Of a DNA stretch of 64,000 nucleotides, positions 1-10,049 are shown one piece after another; positions within the stretch are counted from its first letter, which is position 1; every line of letters starts with the position of its first letter. Origin of the DNA: an uncultured Verrucomicrobiota bacterium (GTDB lineage: Bacteria; Verrucomicrobiota; Kiritimatiellia; CAIVKH01). The position numbers and the translations under genes are program-made. The notes beneath the pieces were generated by a model. That model saw only the letters and a list, made by a program, of their open reading frames with translations. It was not told the DNA's origin and did no database searches. The stretch covers positions 3,122-67,121 of the forward strand of contig CALMYG010000169.1 in NCBI GenBank assembly GCA_937873455.1. The letters run 5' to 3'.

Positions 1-1302
1 CCGGGTGGCGAAGGCGCCGAGCATCCCGCGTTCGCCCTTCCAGAAGCGGCGCATATCGTCGCGGTAGCGCCCGTTCCATTCCGACCAATGTTCGCTCGGG
101 AACTCCCCCACCTGGTAAGCGCCGGCGGCATCCCAGGCCTCGGCGATGATCTTGGTGTCGCGAAGGGCCGGGTCCTCGGCGATCATTTCCACGATCGGCG
201 GATCGGGCAGAATCTCGCCGTTCTTGTCCCGGGTGAGGATGGAGGCCAGATCAAACCGGAAGCCGTCCACGTGCATGTGCAGTACCCAATACCGGAGGCA
301 ATTCATGATAAACGAGCGCACCACCGGATGGTTGCTGTTCACGGTATTGCCGCACCCGCTGTAGTTCATGTAGTGGCGCCCGGACTTGTCCATCATGTAA
401 TAAACGTCATTGTCGATCCCCCGGAAGGAATAGGTCGGGCCACCGTCGCCGCCTTCGGCGGTATGGTTGAATACAACATCGAGGATAACCTCGATGCCGG
501 CCCGGTGCAGGGCGATGACCAGGTCCTTGAATTCCGTGACTTGTTGACCATGCACCCCGCGATGGGCGTAGCGGCCCATCGGCGCAAAAAAGGCCAGCGT
601 ACTGTAGCCCCAGAAATTCTTGAGGTGGGCGCGACGTCCGTTTTCCTGGAAATACTCCATTTCATTGAATTCCTGGATCGGAAGAAATTCCACCGCGGTG
701 ATCCCCATATCACGCAGGTAGGGAATCTTCTCCTTGAAACCGTCGTAGGTTCCCGGCGCGGACGCCCCCGCGCTGGGATGCACGGTGAATCCGCGCAGGT
801 GGGTTTCATAAATCACGGTTTCGGAAAGCGGAATGTTCAAGGTGACGTCGCCGGACCAGTCAAACTCATCCCGGACAATAACGCCCTTGGGAAATTCAGG
901 TCCGGAGATCGGCATCCGCCCGGCTCCCCGCCCGCGCGCATCACCCCACACCGGCGCGCCGGCTATGGCCAGGGCATAAGGATCCAACAACCACTGATGC
1001 GGATTGAAATAACTTTTCCGGCCGGGCGGCGAGGCGCCTTCCATCCGGTACAGGTAATATTGCCCCGGCCGGGCATTACGCACATGAATATGCCAGATAT
1101 CACCAATCCGATTAAATTGCGGAGTGAGTTCATATTCGGCGGATGGCGACGCGGCGTCGGGGTGATCAAACAACATCAGCCAGACCCGGCTGGCATGGCG
1201 ACTGAACAACGTGAATTGAACGCCCTCCGCAACGACATGCGCCCCGTAGGGAACTGGCATCGGAACACTGGGAAGCAAGTTGGAATAACGATTTCGTTTC
1301 AT
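1..1302 (-). CDS. glgX: Glycogen debranching enzyme GlgX (GH13 isoamylase-type), N-terminal ~434 aa. The C-terminus runs off the left edge of the window.
   Basis: Minus-strand translation from the ATG at 1302-1300 gives MKRNRYSNLLPSVPMPVPYGAHVVAEGVQFTLFSRHA... and later ...YMNYSGCGNTVNSNHP...HVDGFRFDLASIL, the GH13 isoamylase motifs. The listed plus-strand ORF 88..1392 is its antisense mirror. Confidence 0.8.
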   Translation of the reverse strand, partial: MKRNRYSNLLPSVPMPVPYGAHVVAEGVQFTLFSRHASRVWLMLFDHPDAASPSAEYELTPQFNRIGDIWHIHVRNARPGQYYLYRMEGASPPGRKSYFNPHQWLLDPYALAIAGAPVWGDARGRGAGRMPISGPEFPKGVIVRDEFDWSGDVTLNIPLSETVIYETHLRGFTVHPSAGASAPGTYDGFKEKIPYLRDMGITAVEFLPIQEFNEMEYFQENGRRAHLKNFWGYSTLAFFAPMGRYAHRGVHGQQVTEFKDLVIALHRAGIEVILDVVFNHTAEGGDGGPTYSFRGIDNDVYYMMDKSGRHYMNYSGCGNTVNSNHPVVRSFIMNCLRYWVLHMHVDGFRFDLASILTRDKNGEILPDPPIVEMIAEDPALRDTKIIAEAWDAAGAYQVGEFPSEHWSEWNGRYRDDMRRFWKGERGMLGAFATR

Positions 1303-1350
1303 GATAACTGGTACGGTGTTGTTCGGGCGCGGACCACGGAACGTCCCCCG

Positions 1351-2661
1351 TCAGGGCTCGTGGCGGTCACGCCGTTTGAAAAACAGTTTTAGACGTTCGA
1401 TGGGACTTTCCGGGTGGCGACGGCGTCGACGGCGTCGATGCCGCCGGGCGCCCATTTCGCCGGCATAAATGGAGGTACCCGTGCTGGCCGCCACGGGTTC
1501 GACGGTGTTTTCACTGGCGGATTCGGCAGGCGGCGCGGGCACCTCCATGCGCTGGTCGCCGGCTTGGGTACGCCCGGATGGAGGACGTGATGCCGCCAGC
1601 GAACGCAGACTGCTCACCACGGCATCCAGCGATTTCACAAACGCGCCGCTTGTCGCTTCGGCAAAAAGGTCCGGGTCACGCCCGTCCATCGGAGTTTGAT
1701 GGCGGAAGCGATTCTTCAGGATTGGCAGCGCATCGTTGACCATGGAATCGCGGGTGGCGGCAAGGCATGCCGGCAGGTCAGCGTTCATAAGGGAAATCGC
1801 CTCCCGCAAATTCCAGTCGTGCAGGGTTCGGCAGCGCTGTGCCGCCACCCGGGCCACGCAATGGGTCATCCAAATGATGGACATGGCGGGCCCCAAATCC
1901 TGGCGAGCCCGCCCGAGGTTTCCGGCATTGGCGTCGATACCGGAAAACAGGCGCTGCCCGTAACGCAGGAAGTCGCCCTTGGTCATGACATCCCATACGC
2001 TCCCGATCACGCGGAGATACTCCCCCCAGGAAGGGCGAGCCACATAGATATCGGCCATCTCGGAAATCAGCGTGAATTGGTGATAGACCACCACCAACGG
2101 GGCCACGATGGGAAAAGGCGGCTGGTAGACATCCTGAATGACGCAACGGACCTTGGAATGGGTGACGGTTTCTTCAATTCCCTGGAGGTACTGATGGGCT
2201 GGAGCGATTACCTGGGTCCGCGCCTCATCGATTGCCCGCACCAAGTCATCGTTGAGAGGGTGATGCGCCAGCACTTCGGAGAGATCGCTGGTCTTCTGGC
2301 GAATAGCGGCAGCCTGAATTTCGTTCAACAAGGGATGCTCCGCCAACCTCGCCAGGTAATGCAAATGATACCGCAGCGCGGCTTGAAGCTTACGGTGGCT
2401 GGATTGCGGCGAGACCACATGCCCGACCGCCGTCAACACCCGGTGATTGCGCCGGTGCACGAGCAATTTCATCGCCGCCCAGACCAGCGCCCCGACAAGG
2501 ACGGACACGTAGCTATAGGCAAGCCAGGGCGCGTAGCCGCGGAAATAAACAAACAGATGAATGATTTCCATCAGCACCAGGAAACCCAGCAGCGCACAGG
2601 GAAATACCACGAGCCAGCGCACAAGGCGGGTCGTTTGTTTGACAATACGGTATTGATACAT
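1351..2661 (-). CDS. Hypothetical membrane protein with two N-terminal TM helices, a ~330 aa soluble domain and a poly-arginine C-terminal tail (RRHRRRRRRRH).
   Basis: ORF-track ORF of 436 aa with hydrophobic N-terminal segments. It lies upstream of glgX and downstream of recO on the same strand. No family recognised with confidence. Confidence 0.5.
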   Translation of the reverse strand: MYQYRIVKQTTRLVRWLVVFPCALLGFLVLMEIIHLFVYFRGYAPWLAYSYVSVLVGALVWAAMKLLVHRRNHRVLTAVGHVVSPQSSHRKLQAALRYHLHYLARLAEHPLLNEIQAAAIRQKTSDLSEVLAHHPLNDDLVRAIDEARTQVIAPAHQYLQGIEETVTHSKVRCVIQDVYQPPFPIVAPLVVVYHQFTLISEMADIYVARPSWGEYLRVIGSVWDVMTKGDFLRYGQRLFSGIDANAGNLGRARQDLGPAMSIIWMTHCVARVAAQRCRTLHDWNLREAISLMNADLPACLAATRDSMVNDALPILKNRFRHQTPMDGRDPDLFAEATSGAFVKSLDAVVSSLRSLAASRPPSGRTQAGDQRMEVPAPPAESASENTVEPVAASTGTSIYAGEMGARRHRRRRRRRHPESPIERLKLFFKRRDRHEP

Positions 2662-2711
2662 GGCAAGCGAAGGCTAAGTCGTACGCGCAAGGCAAACAAG
2701 TTGATTTTTGA

Positions 2712-3470
2712 TTAGGACAACAAGTCCAGCGTGCGCTCACGGGCGCCGGCCCGAAGATCCAAGTGATATCCCAGAAAGTCACGATTTAACGTGCGCACCG
2801 CGGCCAATTGAGCGGCGGTTGGTCGCGATGCGCGCACCACAGTCCAATCGGGAGATTTTCGCCAAAACGCCATCATGGCCGGCACGTCGGCCCCAACCGC
2901 GTGATCGGAGGGTTCGCCTTTGCAGGCGTCGCAGATCATGCCGCCGCGCCGGGATGAAAACGCGGCGCGGCGTGACGGTTTAAATGCCTGGTCGCACGCA
3001 GCACAGCGATCCAGCTTCGGCGTTAATCCAAGTCGATCAAGTAAACGCAACTCGTAGAGGAAAAGCATGGGGGCATACCATCCCCGCTCCTGAAGTTCGT
3101 CCAATCCGCTTTCCATGAGCCGAAACAGCTCAGGCGCCGGTTCATGCTGGGGCATCACCCGGGCGGTCAAGTCGGCAAGATACGCCCCGGCCAATGCCGC
3201 GCGCCAATCCTGGCGGAAACGCGTTCGCAACGTTATCGGAGCAATTTCCCTGGTGATATAGACCGCATCGGCCTCGCGGGCATAATACAACAATTCACAG
3301 GTATACAGGTGATCAAATTGCCCGAGCATCCCGTGTCGTGGCCGCATGGCCCCCTTGGCCAGCGTGACCAGCTTGCCGTGATCCTCGGTTACCCATTGAA
3401 TGACCCGCGACGACTCGGTCAGCGGGGCGTGGCGGACAACGATAGCCCGGGTTTTCGTCAATCGAGACAT
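2712..3470 (-). CDS. recO: DNA repair protein RecO
   Basis: 252 aa. The N-terminal OB-fold region, a C-terminal Cys cluster (CAACDQAF...CDACKG) and the typical RecO length all fit, as does the conserved ybeY-recO neighbourhood. Confidence 0.8.
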   Translation of the reverse strand: MSRLTKTRAIVVRHAPLTESSRVIQWVTEDHGKLVTLAKGAMRPRHGMLGQFDHLYTCELLYYAREADAVYITREIAPITLRTRFRQDWRAALAGAYLADLTARVMPQHEPAPELFRLMESGLDELQERGWYAPMLFLYELRLLDRLGLTPKLDRCAACDQAFKPSRRAAFSSRRGGMICDACKGEPSDHAVGADVPAMMAFWRKSPDWTVVRASRPTAAQLAAVRTLNRDFLGYHLDLRAGARERTLDLLS

Positions 3471-3485
3471 GACGATGCACCAGCT

Positions 3486-4247
3486 TTAGGGCGCTGGAGA
3501 TTCCGGAGGCGGCGGTGTGACCGGCCCGGGTTCCGGTTCCGGCGGCTTCGTCCCCGCGTCCTTGACGCCCGCATCGCGCCTAAACAGATGATGCAGCTTG
3601 TCGACCAACGAGGGCGGCGGCGGCGCGCCGGATTCCCCTGGATACACCACACCGGCGGAGATAATCAATTTCATGGCGTCGCCGCTCGTATACGGAATGG
3701 GCGTGACATCCTCGCGCGGTACATAACACAACCAACCGGAGGTGGGGTTCGGGGTCGTGGGAATAAACACCGCAACAAATTCATCCCCAGGCCGGCCCTG
3801 GGGAATGAACGAGCGAAACGAATACGGCGCGGAGGCGGTAAGAAACCCCATCGCATAAATGCCTTTGCGGGGATACTGCACCAGAACAACCTGATTGAAT
3901 ACGGTCTCACGCTGGGTGATGAAGGCGTCGATCACCTGTCGCGATGCGATGTAAATCCGGTTCACCACCGGAATGCGCGCCAAAATCCGGTCGCCCAATT
4001 GGTAGATGCGCCGGCCGACAATGTTGCGGACCAACACGCCAATCAGGAACAAAACGATAAGCACCACAACCAACGAGGCGATGCGCAGTAAAAAATCCAA
4101 TTCGGCGTCCCGGTAAGCGCGCGGGAAAAGCCCGAGAAACTGGTTGGTGACCAGGCGAAACAGCCAGTTGGCCACGAAGGCGGTGATCACCAAGGGCGTC
4201 ACCAGAATCAAACCGACCGTAATGTTTGCGCGTATTGCTTTCCACAT
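3486..4247 (-). CDS. DUF502 family membrane protein with a proline-rich C-terminal tail
   Basis: Start chosen at the internal Met (MWKAIRANITVGLILVTPLVITAFVANWLF), which is typical of the DUF502 N-terminal TM. The C-terminus is P/E-rich (PPEPEPGPVTPPPPESPAP). Confidence 0.6.
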   Translation of the reverse strand: MWKAIRANITVGLILVTPLVITAFVANWLFRLVTNQFLGLFPRAYRDAELDFLLRIASLVVVLIVLFLIGVLVRNIVGRRIYQLGDRILARIPVVNRIYIASRQVIDAFITQRETVFNQVVLVQYPRKGIYAMGFLTASAPYSFRSFIPQGRPGDEFVAVFIPTTPNPTSGWLCYVPREDVTPIPYTSGDAMKLIISAGVVYPGESGAPPPPSLVDKLHHLFRRDAGVKDAGTKPPEPEPGPVTPPPPESPAP

Positions 4248-4267
4248 GGCGTTAAACCTGCCTAACG

Positions 4268-4759
4268 TTACACCGCAGGACGTCGGCTGGCAATCAAACC
4301 TTCCCACAAGCCATGCCGGGCGGCTTGTCGCAACCATCGATTCTGGCGGGCGGCCATGGCGCGGCGCTGGCCCGGAGTAGCGTCATCCGCGCCACCGAGA
4401 TGTTGGCATCCGTGGGCGAGATAGAGGGCCAGCTCGCGACTTACCGCCCGCGGGTCAGGACCGGCCACCTCCTCGGCCTCCTCTACGTTGATCACGATTT
4501 CCGCCCGCCAACCCGCTGGAGATTCCCCCGGTTCAGTCGGATAGGAAAATGTAATCACATCGGTTGTGCCTTCATGCTCCAAAACGTGCTCGTTCAGCGC
4601 CGTCATACGTTGATGCCCGACCAGCACAACGGAACACTCCACCCACGCCCGGCCAGGGTTCATCGCCGAAGCTTTGGTCATCAGCCAGGCGATCAACCGC
4701 CGCCAGGCCGGGATGGATATTTTTCGCCCGCGAAGGTCGCGTGTGAGGAGAATCTTCAT
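4268..4759 (-). CDS. ybeY: Endoribonuclease YbeY (rRNA maturation factor)
   Basis: Internal start MKILLTRDL.... A His-rich metal site (LAHGCQHLGG, matching the HGxLHLxGYDH-like motif) is present, and an ATGA overlap couples the gene to phoH. Confidence 0.8.
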   Translation of the reverse strand: MKILLTRDLRGRKISIPAWRRLIAWLMTKASAMNPGRAWVECSVVLVGHQRMTALNEHVLEHEGTTDVITFSYPTEPGESPAGWRAEIVINVEEAEEVAGPDPRAVSRELALYLAHGCQHLGGADDATPGQRRAMAARQNRWLRQAARHGLWEGLIASRRPAV

Positions 4760-5742
4760 GAACGGGATCGGGGTAGATCGCGTTCGGATTGCTCCCGCAA
4801 GTCCCGGTACGCAAGAATAATCCGCTGCACCAACGCATGCCGGACCACGTCGGCATCGGTTAGTTCGACCATGACCACGCCTTCGGTGGCGCGTAACGCC
4901 TGCCGAGCCTCCAGCAAACCGGAAATTTTGTGCGCCGGCAGGTCGATCTGGGTCAGGTCTCCGGTAATCACGCATTTGGAATCAAAGCCCAGCCGGGTGA
5001 GAAACATCAACATCTGCTCGGGGGTGGTATTCTGGGCTTCATCCAGGATGACAAACGCATGGTTCAAGGTGCGTCCACGCATAAATGCAAGCGGCGCGAT
5101 TTCAATCACCCCGCGCTCGACGTGCTTTTCGATTTCCGCCGCGTCCATCATGTCGTGCAGGGCATCGTACAGGGGACGCAGATAAGGCAACACCTTCTCC
5201 CGCAAATCACCGGGCAGGTATCCCAGGTTTTCACCGGCTTCGACCGCCGGCCGGGTCAAAATGATGCGGCTGACTTCGCCGCGCAGCAGGCTGGAAACGG
5301 CCATCGCCATCGCCTGGTAGGTTTTACCGGTTCCGGCCGGACCAATTCCGAAGACACAATCGTAATGGCGAATCGCATCCAGGTATTTCAATTGCCCGAA
5401 GGTTTTCGGGAAAACCGGGGCTTTGCCCGGAGCGACATCAATGCGGGTGGCAAATAAACGGCGAAGTTCCTGATCCTGCCCCTGCACAAACGCCTGCAGG
5501 GTGAACAGCACCCCCGGTTCGCGCAGGGTGATGCCCTGATTGCGCGCATTCCGGATCAGGTCAAAAAAGGCGGTGGCGCGTCGTACCGCCGGCTCCGGCC
5601 CTTGAATAACCAGCCAAAGGTCCCGGGTGGTCAGCGATACACCAAGCGCTCGCTCCATCGCCGGAAAATATTCCATGCCCCGGCCGGTTAATTCCTGCGC
5701 CTCACGGGCATTGTCAAAATGAAAAGTAGTTTCACTGCTCAT
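4756..5742 (-). CDS. phoH: PhoH-like ATPase (PhoH/YbeZ)
   Basis: Walker A GPAGTGKT and the PhoH family signature VITGDLTQIDLP, lying directly upstream of ybeY. The start may instead be the alternative codon at 5760. Confidence 0.85.
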   Translation of the reverse strand: MSSETTFHFDNAREAQELTGRGMEYFPAMERALGVSLTTRDLWLVIQGPEPAVRRATAFFDLIRNARNQGITLREPGVLFTLQAFVQGQDQELRRLFATRIDVAPGKAPVFPKTFGQLKYLDAIRHYDCVFGIGPAGTGKTYQAMAMAVSSLLRGEVSRIILTRPAVEAGENLGYLPGDLREKVLPYLRPLYDALHDMMDAAEIEKHVERGVIEIAPLAFMRGRTLNHAFVILDEAQNTTPEQMLMFLTRLGFDSKCVITGDLTQIDLPAHKISGLLEARQALRATEGVVMVELTDADVVRHALVQRIILAYRDLREQSERDLPRSRS

Positions 5743-6116
5743 CGAAAAATACCGCCACACGGGCGGAAACCAAACCGGCGGGTCACATCACCCCGTCGCT
5801 GCATACAACCTATTCCATCGGCGTCCGCTGGTCAATGATGGGCCGCGCATGGCGGGCGCATCCTTGATTGGCTGACTTCAGTGTGACACAGGCATCCTTG
5901 CCTGTACACGGACCTGAGCCAGGCGGGAATCCGTCGGCGGGCGCATAAAGAGGACTGGATCCTCGCACACTCCATTTATAATCCTTATAGGATGGATGAT
6001 GAACCAAATGGCATCAGTCAAGGAATCAGGGATGCGCCCCGCGCCCGCCCCCCTGACATTTCCATTGTTATCGGGATGCGGTTTTCGCTAGATTAACGTT
6101 TTTAAGGAAGCACGTC

Positions 6117-7400
6117 ATGAATGAACGCCAAGAAGTTATCGGTATCGTCGGTCTCGGGTATGTTGGCATGCCGCTGGCCGCCGCGCTGGCCGAGACCTAC
6201 CCGGTTATCGGTTTCGATATCAGCGCCCGGCGCATCGCCGAATTAAAGTCCGGCAAGGATCACACCCAGGAGGTTACCGCCGAGGAGTTGGCGCATCCAA
6301 ACCTCCGGTTTACCGACCAGGTCGAAGAACTGGGCGAAGCAACCTTTATCATCGTCGCCGTACCGACACCGGTGACCGAATCTCTCCAACCGGACGTCGA
6401 GCCGTTGCGCTCCAGCTCGGAGCTGGTCGGCCGCGTCTTGAAAAAAGGCATGTTGGTTGCTTACGAAAGCACCGTGTATCCCGGGCTGACCGAAGAGTTT
6501 TGCCTGCCCATCCTGGAGGCGAAGTCCGGCCTGAAGCTGGGCGATTTCGATCTCGCCTATTCACCGGAGCGGGTCAATCCCGGCGACAAACACCACACGG
6601 TGCGAACCGTAGTGAAAATCGTGAGCGGACATGACGCCGCAGCGTGCGAGCGAGCCGCCGCGGTGTACCGCAAAGCCACCCGCGCCGGCGTTCATCTGGC
6701 CCCCAACATCAAGACCGCCGAAGCCGCCAAGGTCATTGAAAATGTCCAGCGCGATTTGAACATCGCCCTCATGAACGAGCTTTCCAAGATTTTTCACCTC
6801 GTCGGCATCAACACCAACGATGTGCTGGCCGCCGCCGGCACCAAGTGGAATTTTCACAAGTACCATCCCGGACTGGTGGGCGGTCATTGCATCGGCGTCG
6901 ATCCGTATTACCTAACGCATCGCGCCATCGCCCTGGGTTACCATCCGGAGGTTATTCTCGCCGGCCGCCGCATCAATGACAGCATGGGCGGCTATGTCGG
7001 CGAACAGGTTATCCGCGAATTAAACATGGCCGATCGCCTGCCCCGTCATGCCCGTATCCTCGTGCTCGGACTCACCTTCAAGGAAAACGTCCCGGACTTC
7101 CGCAACACCCGGGCTATTGATGTCGTCCGGTATCTGGAGAAGTTCAATGCCGATGTCATGGTATGCGAACCGATGGTGGATTCGACCCATCTGGAAAAGC
7201 GATTCAAGGTTAAAACCCTCGATATCCGCGAAGCGCAGAATCTTGATGCGGTCATCTTGATCAACGGGCACGACGCCTTCCGCGACATCAAACTCGAAGC
7301 GCTGAAGAAGAAAATGCGCACGCCGATCCTGGTCGACATCAAAAACTTTTTCGACCGGGATGAAGCGACACGCCTGGGTTTCCGTTACACCAGCCTGTAA
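6117..7400 (+). CDS. Nucleotide-sugar dehydrogenase (UDP-GlcNAc/ManNAc 6-dehydrogenase family, WbpA/TviB/WecC-like)
   Basis: N-terminal Rossmann motif IGIVGLGYVGMPLA, the catalytic Cys motif GGHCIGVDPYYL, and a length of 427 aa. Confidence 0.8.
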   Translation: MNERQEVIGIVGLGYVGMPLAAALAETYPVIGFDISARRIAELKSGKDHTQEVTAEELAHPNLRFTDQVEELGEATFIIVAVPTPVTESLQPDVEPLRSSSELVGRVLKKGMLVAYESTVYPGLTEEFCLPILEAKSGLKLGDFDLAYSPERVNPGDKHHTVRTVVKIVSGHDAAACERAAAVYRKATRAGVHLAPNIKTAEAAKVIENVQRDLNIALMNELSKIFHLVGINTNDVLAAAGTKWNFHKYHPGLVGGHCIGVDPYYLTHRAIALGYHPEVILAGRRINDSMGGYVGEQVIRELNMADRLPRHARILVLGLTFKENVPDFRNTRAIDVVRYLEKFNADVMVCEPMVDSTHLEKRFKVKTLDIREAQNLDAVILINGHDAFRDIKLEALKKKMRTPILVDIKNFFDRDEATRLGFRYTSL

Positions 7401-7426
7401 CGCCCGCCCACGGATTCCGGCGCGAA

Positions 7427-9922
7427 TCACGCGTCACGGGGACGCACGAGGGTGCGCCCCGCGACGCCCAACAATGCAACGAGTGCCGCCGCCATGCCCG
7501 CGAATTGCAGGTAAAGCGTCGAGCGTTGCGGATGAAATGCGAGCACAACGGTGCGCGGCCGCTCGCTCGCTTCCAGGAAAACTCCGAGGAAAATACCATC
7601 GGTGCGCACCACCGGCTGTTCGACACCATCCACCCAGGCGCGCCAATCCGGCGTGAATTTTTCCGCCGCACGCAAAACCGCCGGGCGGTCCGACTGCACC
7701 GTCATCTCGATCCGACCGGCGCGATACGCCGTCACCTCCACCACCCCGACCTGCCCCGGCTCGCCGGCCTCCGGCCACAAGGCTGAAGCTTCCGGATCAA
7801 CCAACGCCACCGTCAACGGCGCGATCCGGGTCATTTGCTGCACCGCATCCGCCAGTTCGGCCGGTTGCCAGGCCCCGATCACGGCAAAGCGCGAGGATGG
7901 GGCATTGAATTTCAGCAAGGCATGTTGCGCCGGCTGCTGGCCAAACGTCTGCACGGTCGTCGCGCCGCCCGCGCCGACCGGTGCGACATTAAACCCGGCC
8001 ACCGGCTCGAACACACCCCGAAGATTGGGATCGTTCCGAATTTGCATCCAGAAGTCGGCCGGGGTCAGCGCCAAACCCAAGCCCATGTGCGCCCACATCT
8101 GGACCGGACGATTGTTCATGGCTGCAAAATACAGCTTGTAATCATCCGGCATGCGCATCTGGGCGATGTTGATCAACGGGATTTGATGGTATGGGAACAA
8201 AATCGTCATCCACTGGTTGTACAATCCGCCCCATGGGCTTTGCATCTGGGGAGGCGGCGTCCATAAATAGGCGCGTTGTTGCCCGAGATCACGCTTGAGC
8301 AACGGGACCAGAGCGCCTTCGCCAACCAGGCCTTGGGTTTCCGCGGATGCCACGTACCGGCGGCTGATCAGCAATTGATCCGCCATAACCACGAGCACCA
8401 CCGCCCACCCGAGATGACGCCAGGATGAATACTTAATACGTCCGCTAATCCCCCCGACCCTTAAAAGCGCATAAGCCAGCCAGGCGAGGATGGTGAGATG
8501 CACCATGGCCAGCAGGCGCGTCTGGACTATCACCGGAGCAAATTCGCCCCACCCTTCCGAAGCGAAGGCGGCCTCTGATCCGCCATGGCGAACCGCCAAC
8601 ATCAAGGTCAGAACACCAAACGCAATCGCCGCGTACAGCGCACCCCGGGTAAAACTCTCCAGCACCGGGCGGTCGGGATCGTTTTTAACCGGACCCCGCT
8701 TCAAGGCCTTCAACCAGTAATCCATCCCATAGGCGGCAACCACCGCCATGGCGAATTGGGTAATCTGCATGAACTTGACCGGATTTCGTATCGAGGAAAT
8801 GCCCGGCAACTCAAAAAACAACCGATAGGCCGGCAGGTATTTCCCGCAAGCCAGAATGAAGGTAACCAAGGCGGCAACTGCCCAAAATACCACCTCATGC
8901 CGCGAAGCGGCATCTCCCTTTTTCCGGAGCAGGAAAACATACAGCCCCAACACCATAAACAGCATCGGCAGATAGCCTTTGTAAAACGTCTCCAGCTTGA
9001 AGTTCATGCCATTCGGACCCATCTGTGGCTGCCAGCCGGGATTGCGCCCCAATGCACCCCAATAAGGTCCCGAAGGCTCACCCGATCGCCACCCCATGTA
9101 GCCCGGCGCGATAAACTCTATCGTTTCCGAAGGCGGCCAGCTCCACTGGGTGCAGTAGTCCCATAATTCCTGCCAGCTTTGCTCCTCCCCGCCGGCGGGT
9201 TTGTCCATGCGATAAAACGAATAGGCCGAATAGACCGCGTGCAGTGCCACCGCCGCGGTCACCACGATCACCGGCACGATGATTTTGGCGTGGGCGGCAA
9301 TCGAATACCGGTAATCCTGCCAGCCGCGAAACAGGGCGTAGGGACCCAGCACCATCGCGAAAAACAAGGCCGAGTCCGATTGCTCAATAAACATCCCGCC
9401 AAGCGCCGCGCCGGCCATCACGCCAAATGCAACGGATCGGTCGCGCACCGCGCGCTCCACCAGGTACAGGTACAGCCCGGCGAACATGACCACGCCAAAC
9501 TTCCCGATATGACCCGCGTAGGTAAGGAAAAACGTGCTGCCCAACCAGAAACCCAGCAGGGCGCCGAGCAGCGCCGGCAACCAGCCCAATCCACGCAACC
9601 GTAGAAAAAGCATGAAGAACCAGCTCCCCACCACCAGGTCGATCCAGTGGATCCAATTCACGAACTGACGAGGCGACAACAGCCACAGCAGCAGATTGGT
9701 TGAACTCACCGGCGTATTGGCCGGTTGTCCGGCGGCAATGGAGTCGTCCCACCCGCCGAAAAAAGCATGGGGCAAGGTCGACTTGCGGAGCGCAATCGCC
9801 CCGATGTTATCGTCGGTGGTGAACAGCACCCGGTCCGGCGCCAACGCATCGCGGTACACGAGCGTCCCGAAAACCAGAAGAACCAGCAAAAAAAGCCATA
9901 CGGGTTTGGATAGTTTATTCAT
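7427..9922 (-). CDS. Polytopic membrane protein with a large C-terminal extracytoplasmic domain (YfhO-like, GT-C-fold putative glycosyltransferase)
   Basis: About 830 aa with at least 12 predicted hydrophobic helices followed by a ~250 aa soluble C-terminal domain. Start chosen at MNKLSKPVWLFLLVLLV. The family call rests on architecture alone. Confidence 0.45.
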   Translation of the reverse strand: MNKLSKPVWLFLLVLLVFGTLVYRDALAPDRVLFTTDDNIGAIALRKSTLPHAFFGGWDDSIAAGQPANTPVSSTNLLLWLLSPRQFVNWIHWIDLVVGSWFFMLFLRLRGLGWLPALLGALLGFWLGSTFFLTYAGHIGKFGVVMFAGLYLYLVERAVRDRSVAFGVMAGAALGGMFIEQSDSALFFAMVLGPYALFRGWQDYRYSIAAHAKIIVPVIVVTAAVALHAVYSAYSFYRMDKPAGGEEQSWQELWDYCTQWSWPPSETIEFIAPGYMGWRSGEPSGPYWGALGRNPGWQPQMGPNGMNFKLETFYKGYLPMLFMVLGLYVFLLRKKGDAASRHEVVFWAVAALVTFILACGKYLPAYRLFFELPGISSIRNPVKFMQITQFAMAVVAAYGMDYWLKALKRGPVKNDPDRPVLESFTRGALYAAIAFGVLTLMLAVRHGGSEAAFASEGWGEFAPVIVQTRLLAMVHLTILAWLAYALLRVGGISGRIKYSSWRHLGWAVVLVVMADQLLISRRYVASAETQGLVGEGALVPLLKRDLGQQRAYLWTPPPQMQSPWGGLYNQWMTILFPYHQIPLINIAQMRMPDDYKLYFAAMNNRPVQMWAHMGLGLALTPADFWMQIRNDPNLRGVFEPVAGFNVAPVGAGGATTVQTFGQQPAQHALLKFNAPSSRFAVIGAWQPAELADAVQQMTRIAPLTVALVDPEASALWPEAGEPGQVGVVEVTAYRAGRIEMTVQSDRPAVLRAAEKFTPDWRAWVDGVEQPVVRTDGIFLGVFLEASERPRTVVLAFHPQRSTLYLQFAGMAAALVALLGVAGRTLVRPRDA

Positions 9923-10049
9923 CGCGTTCACGCTCCAGCAGGGTAGATAGAGGGGAATACCCGGTTCGTCAAAACTATAATTTCCGGCGGCGCCTTCGTG
10001 CTTGTCCGGCCCCGTATTTTCAGGCATCTTTTTTGTTTTTGATCACGAC

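Noticed and set aside
88-1392. Long plus-strand ORF (434 aa) at the window start
   Set aside because: It is the antisense mirror of glgX. The minus strand encodes unmistakable GH13 isoamylase motifs, whereas the plus-strand product is low-complexity and Arg/Gly/Pro-rich, as is typical of a high-GC antisense frame.
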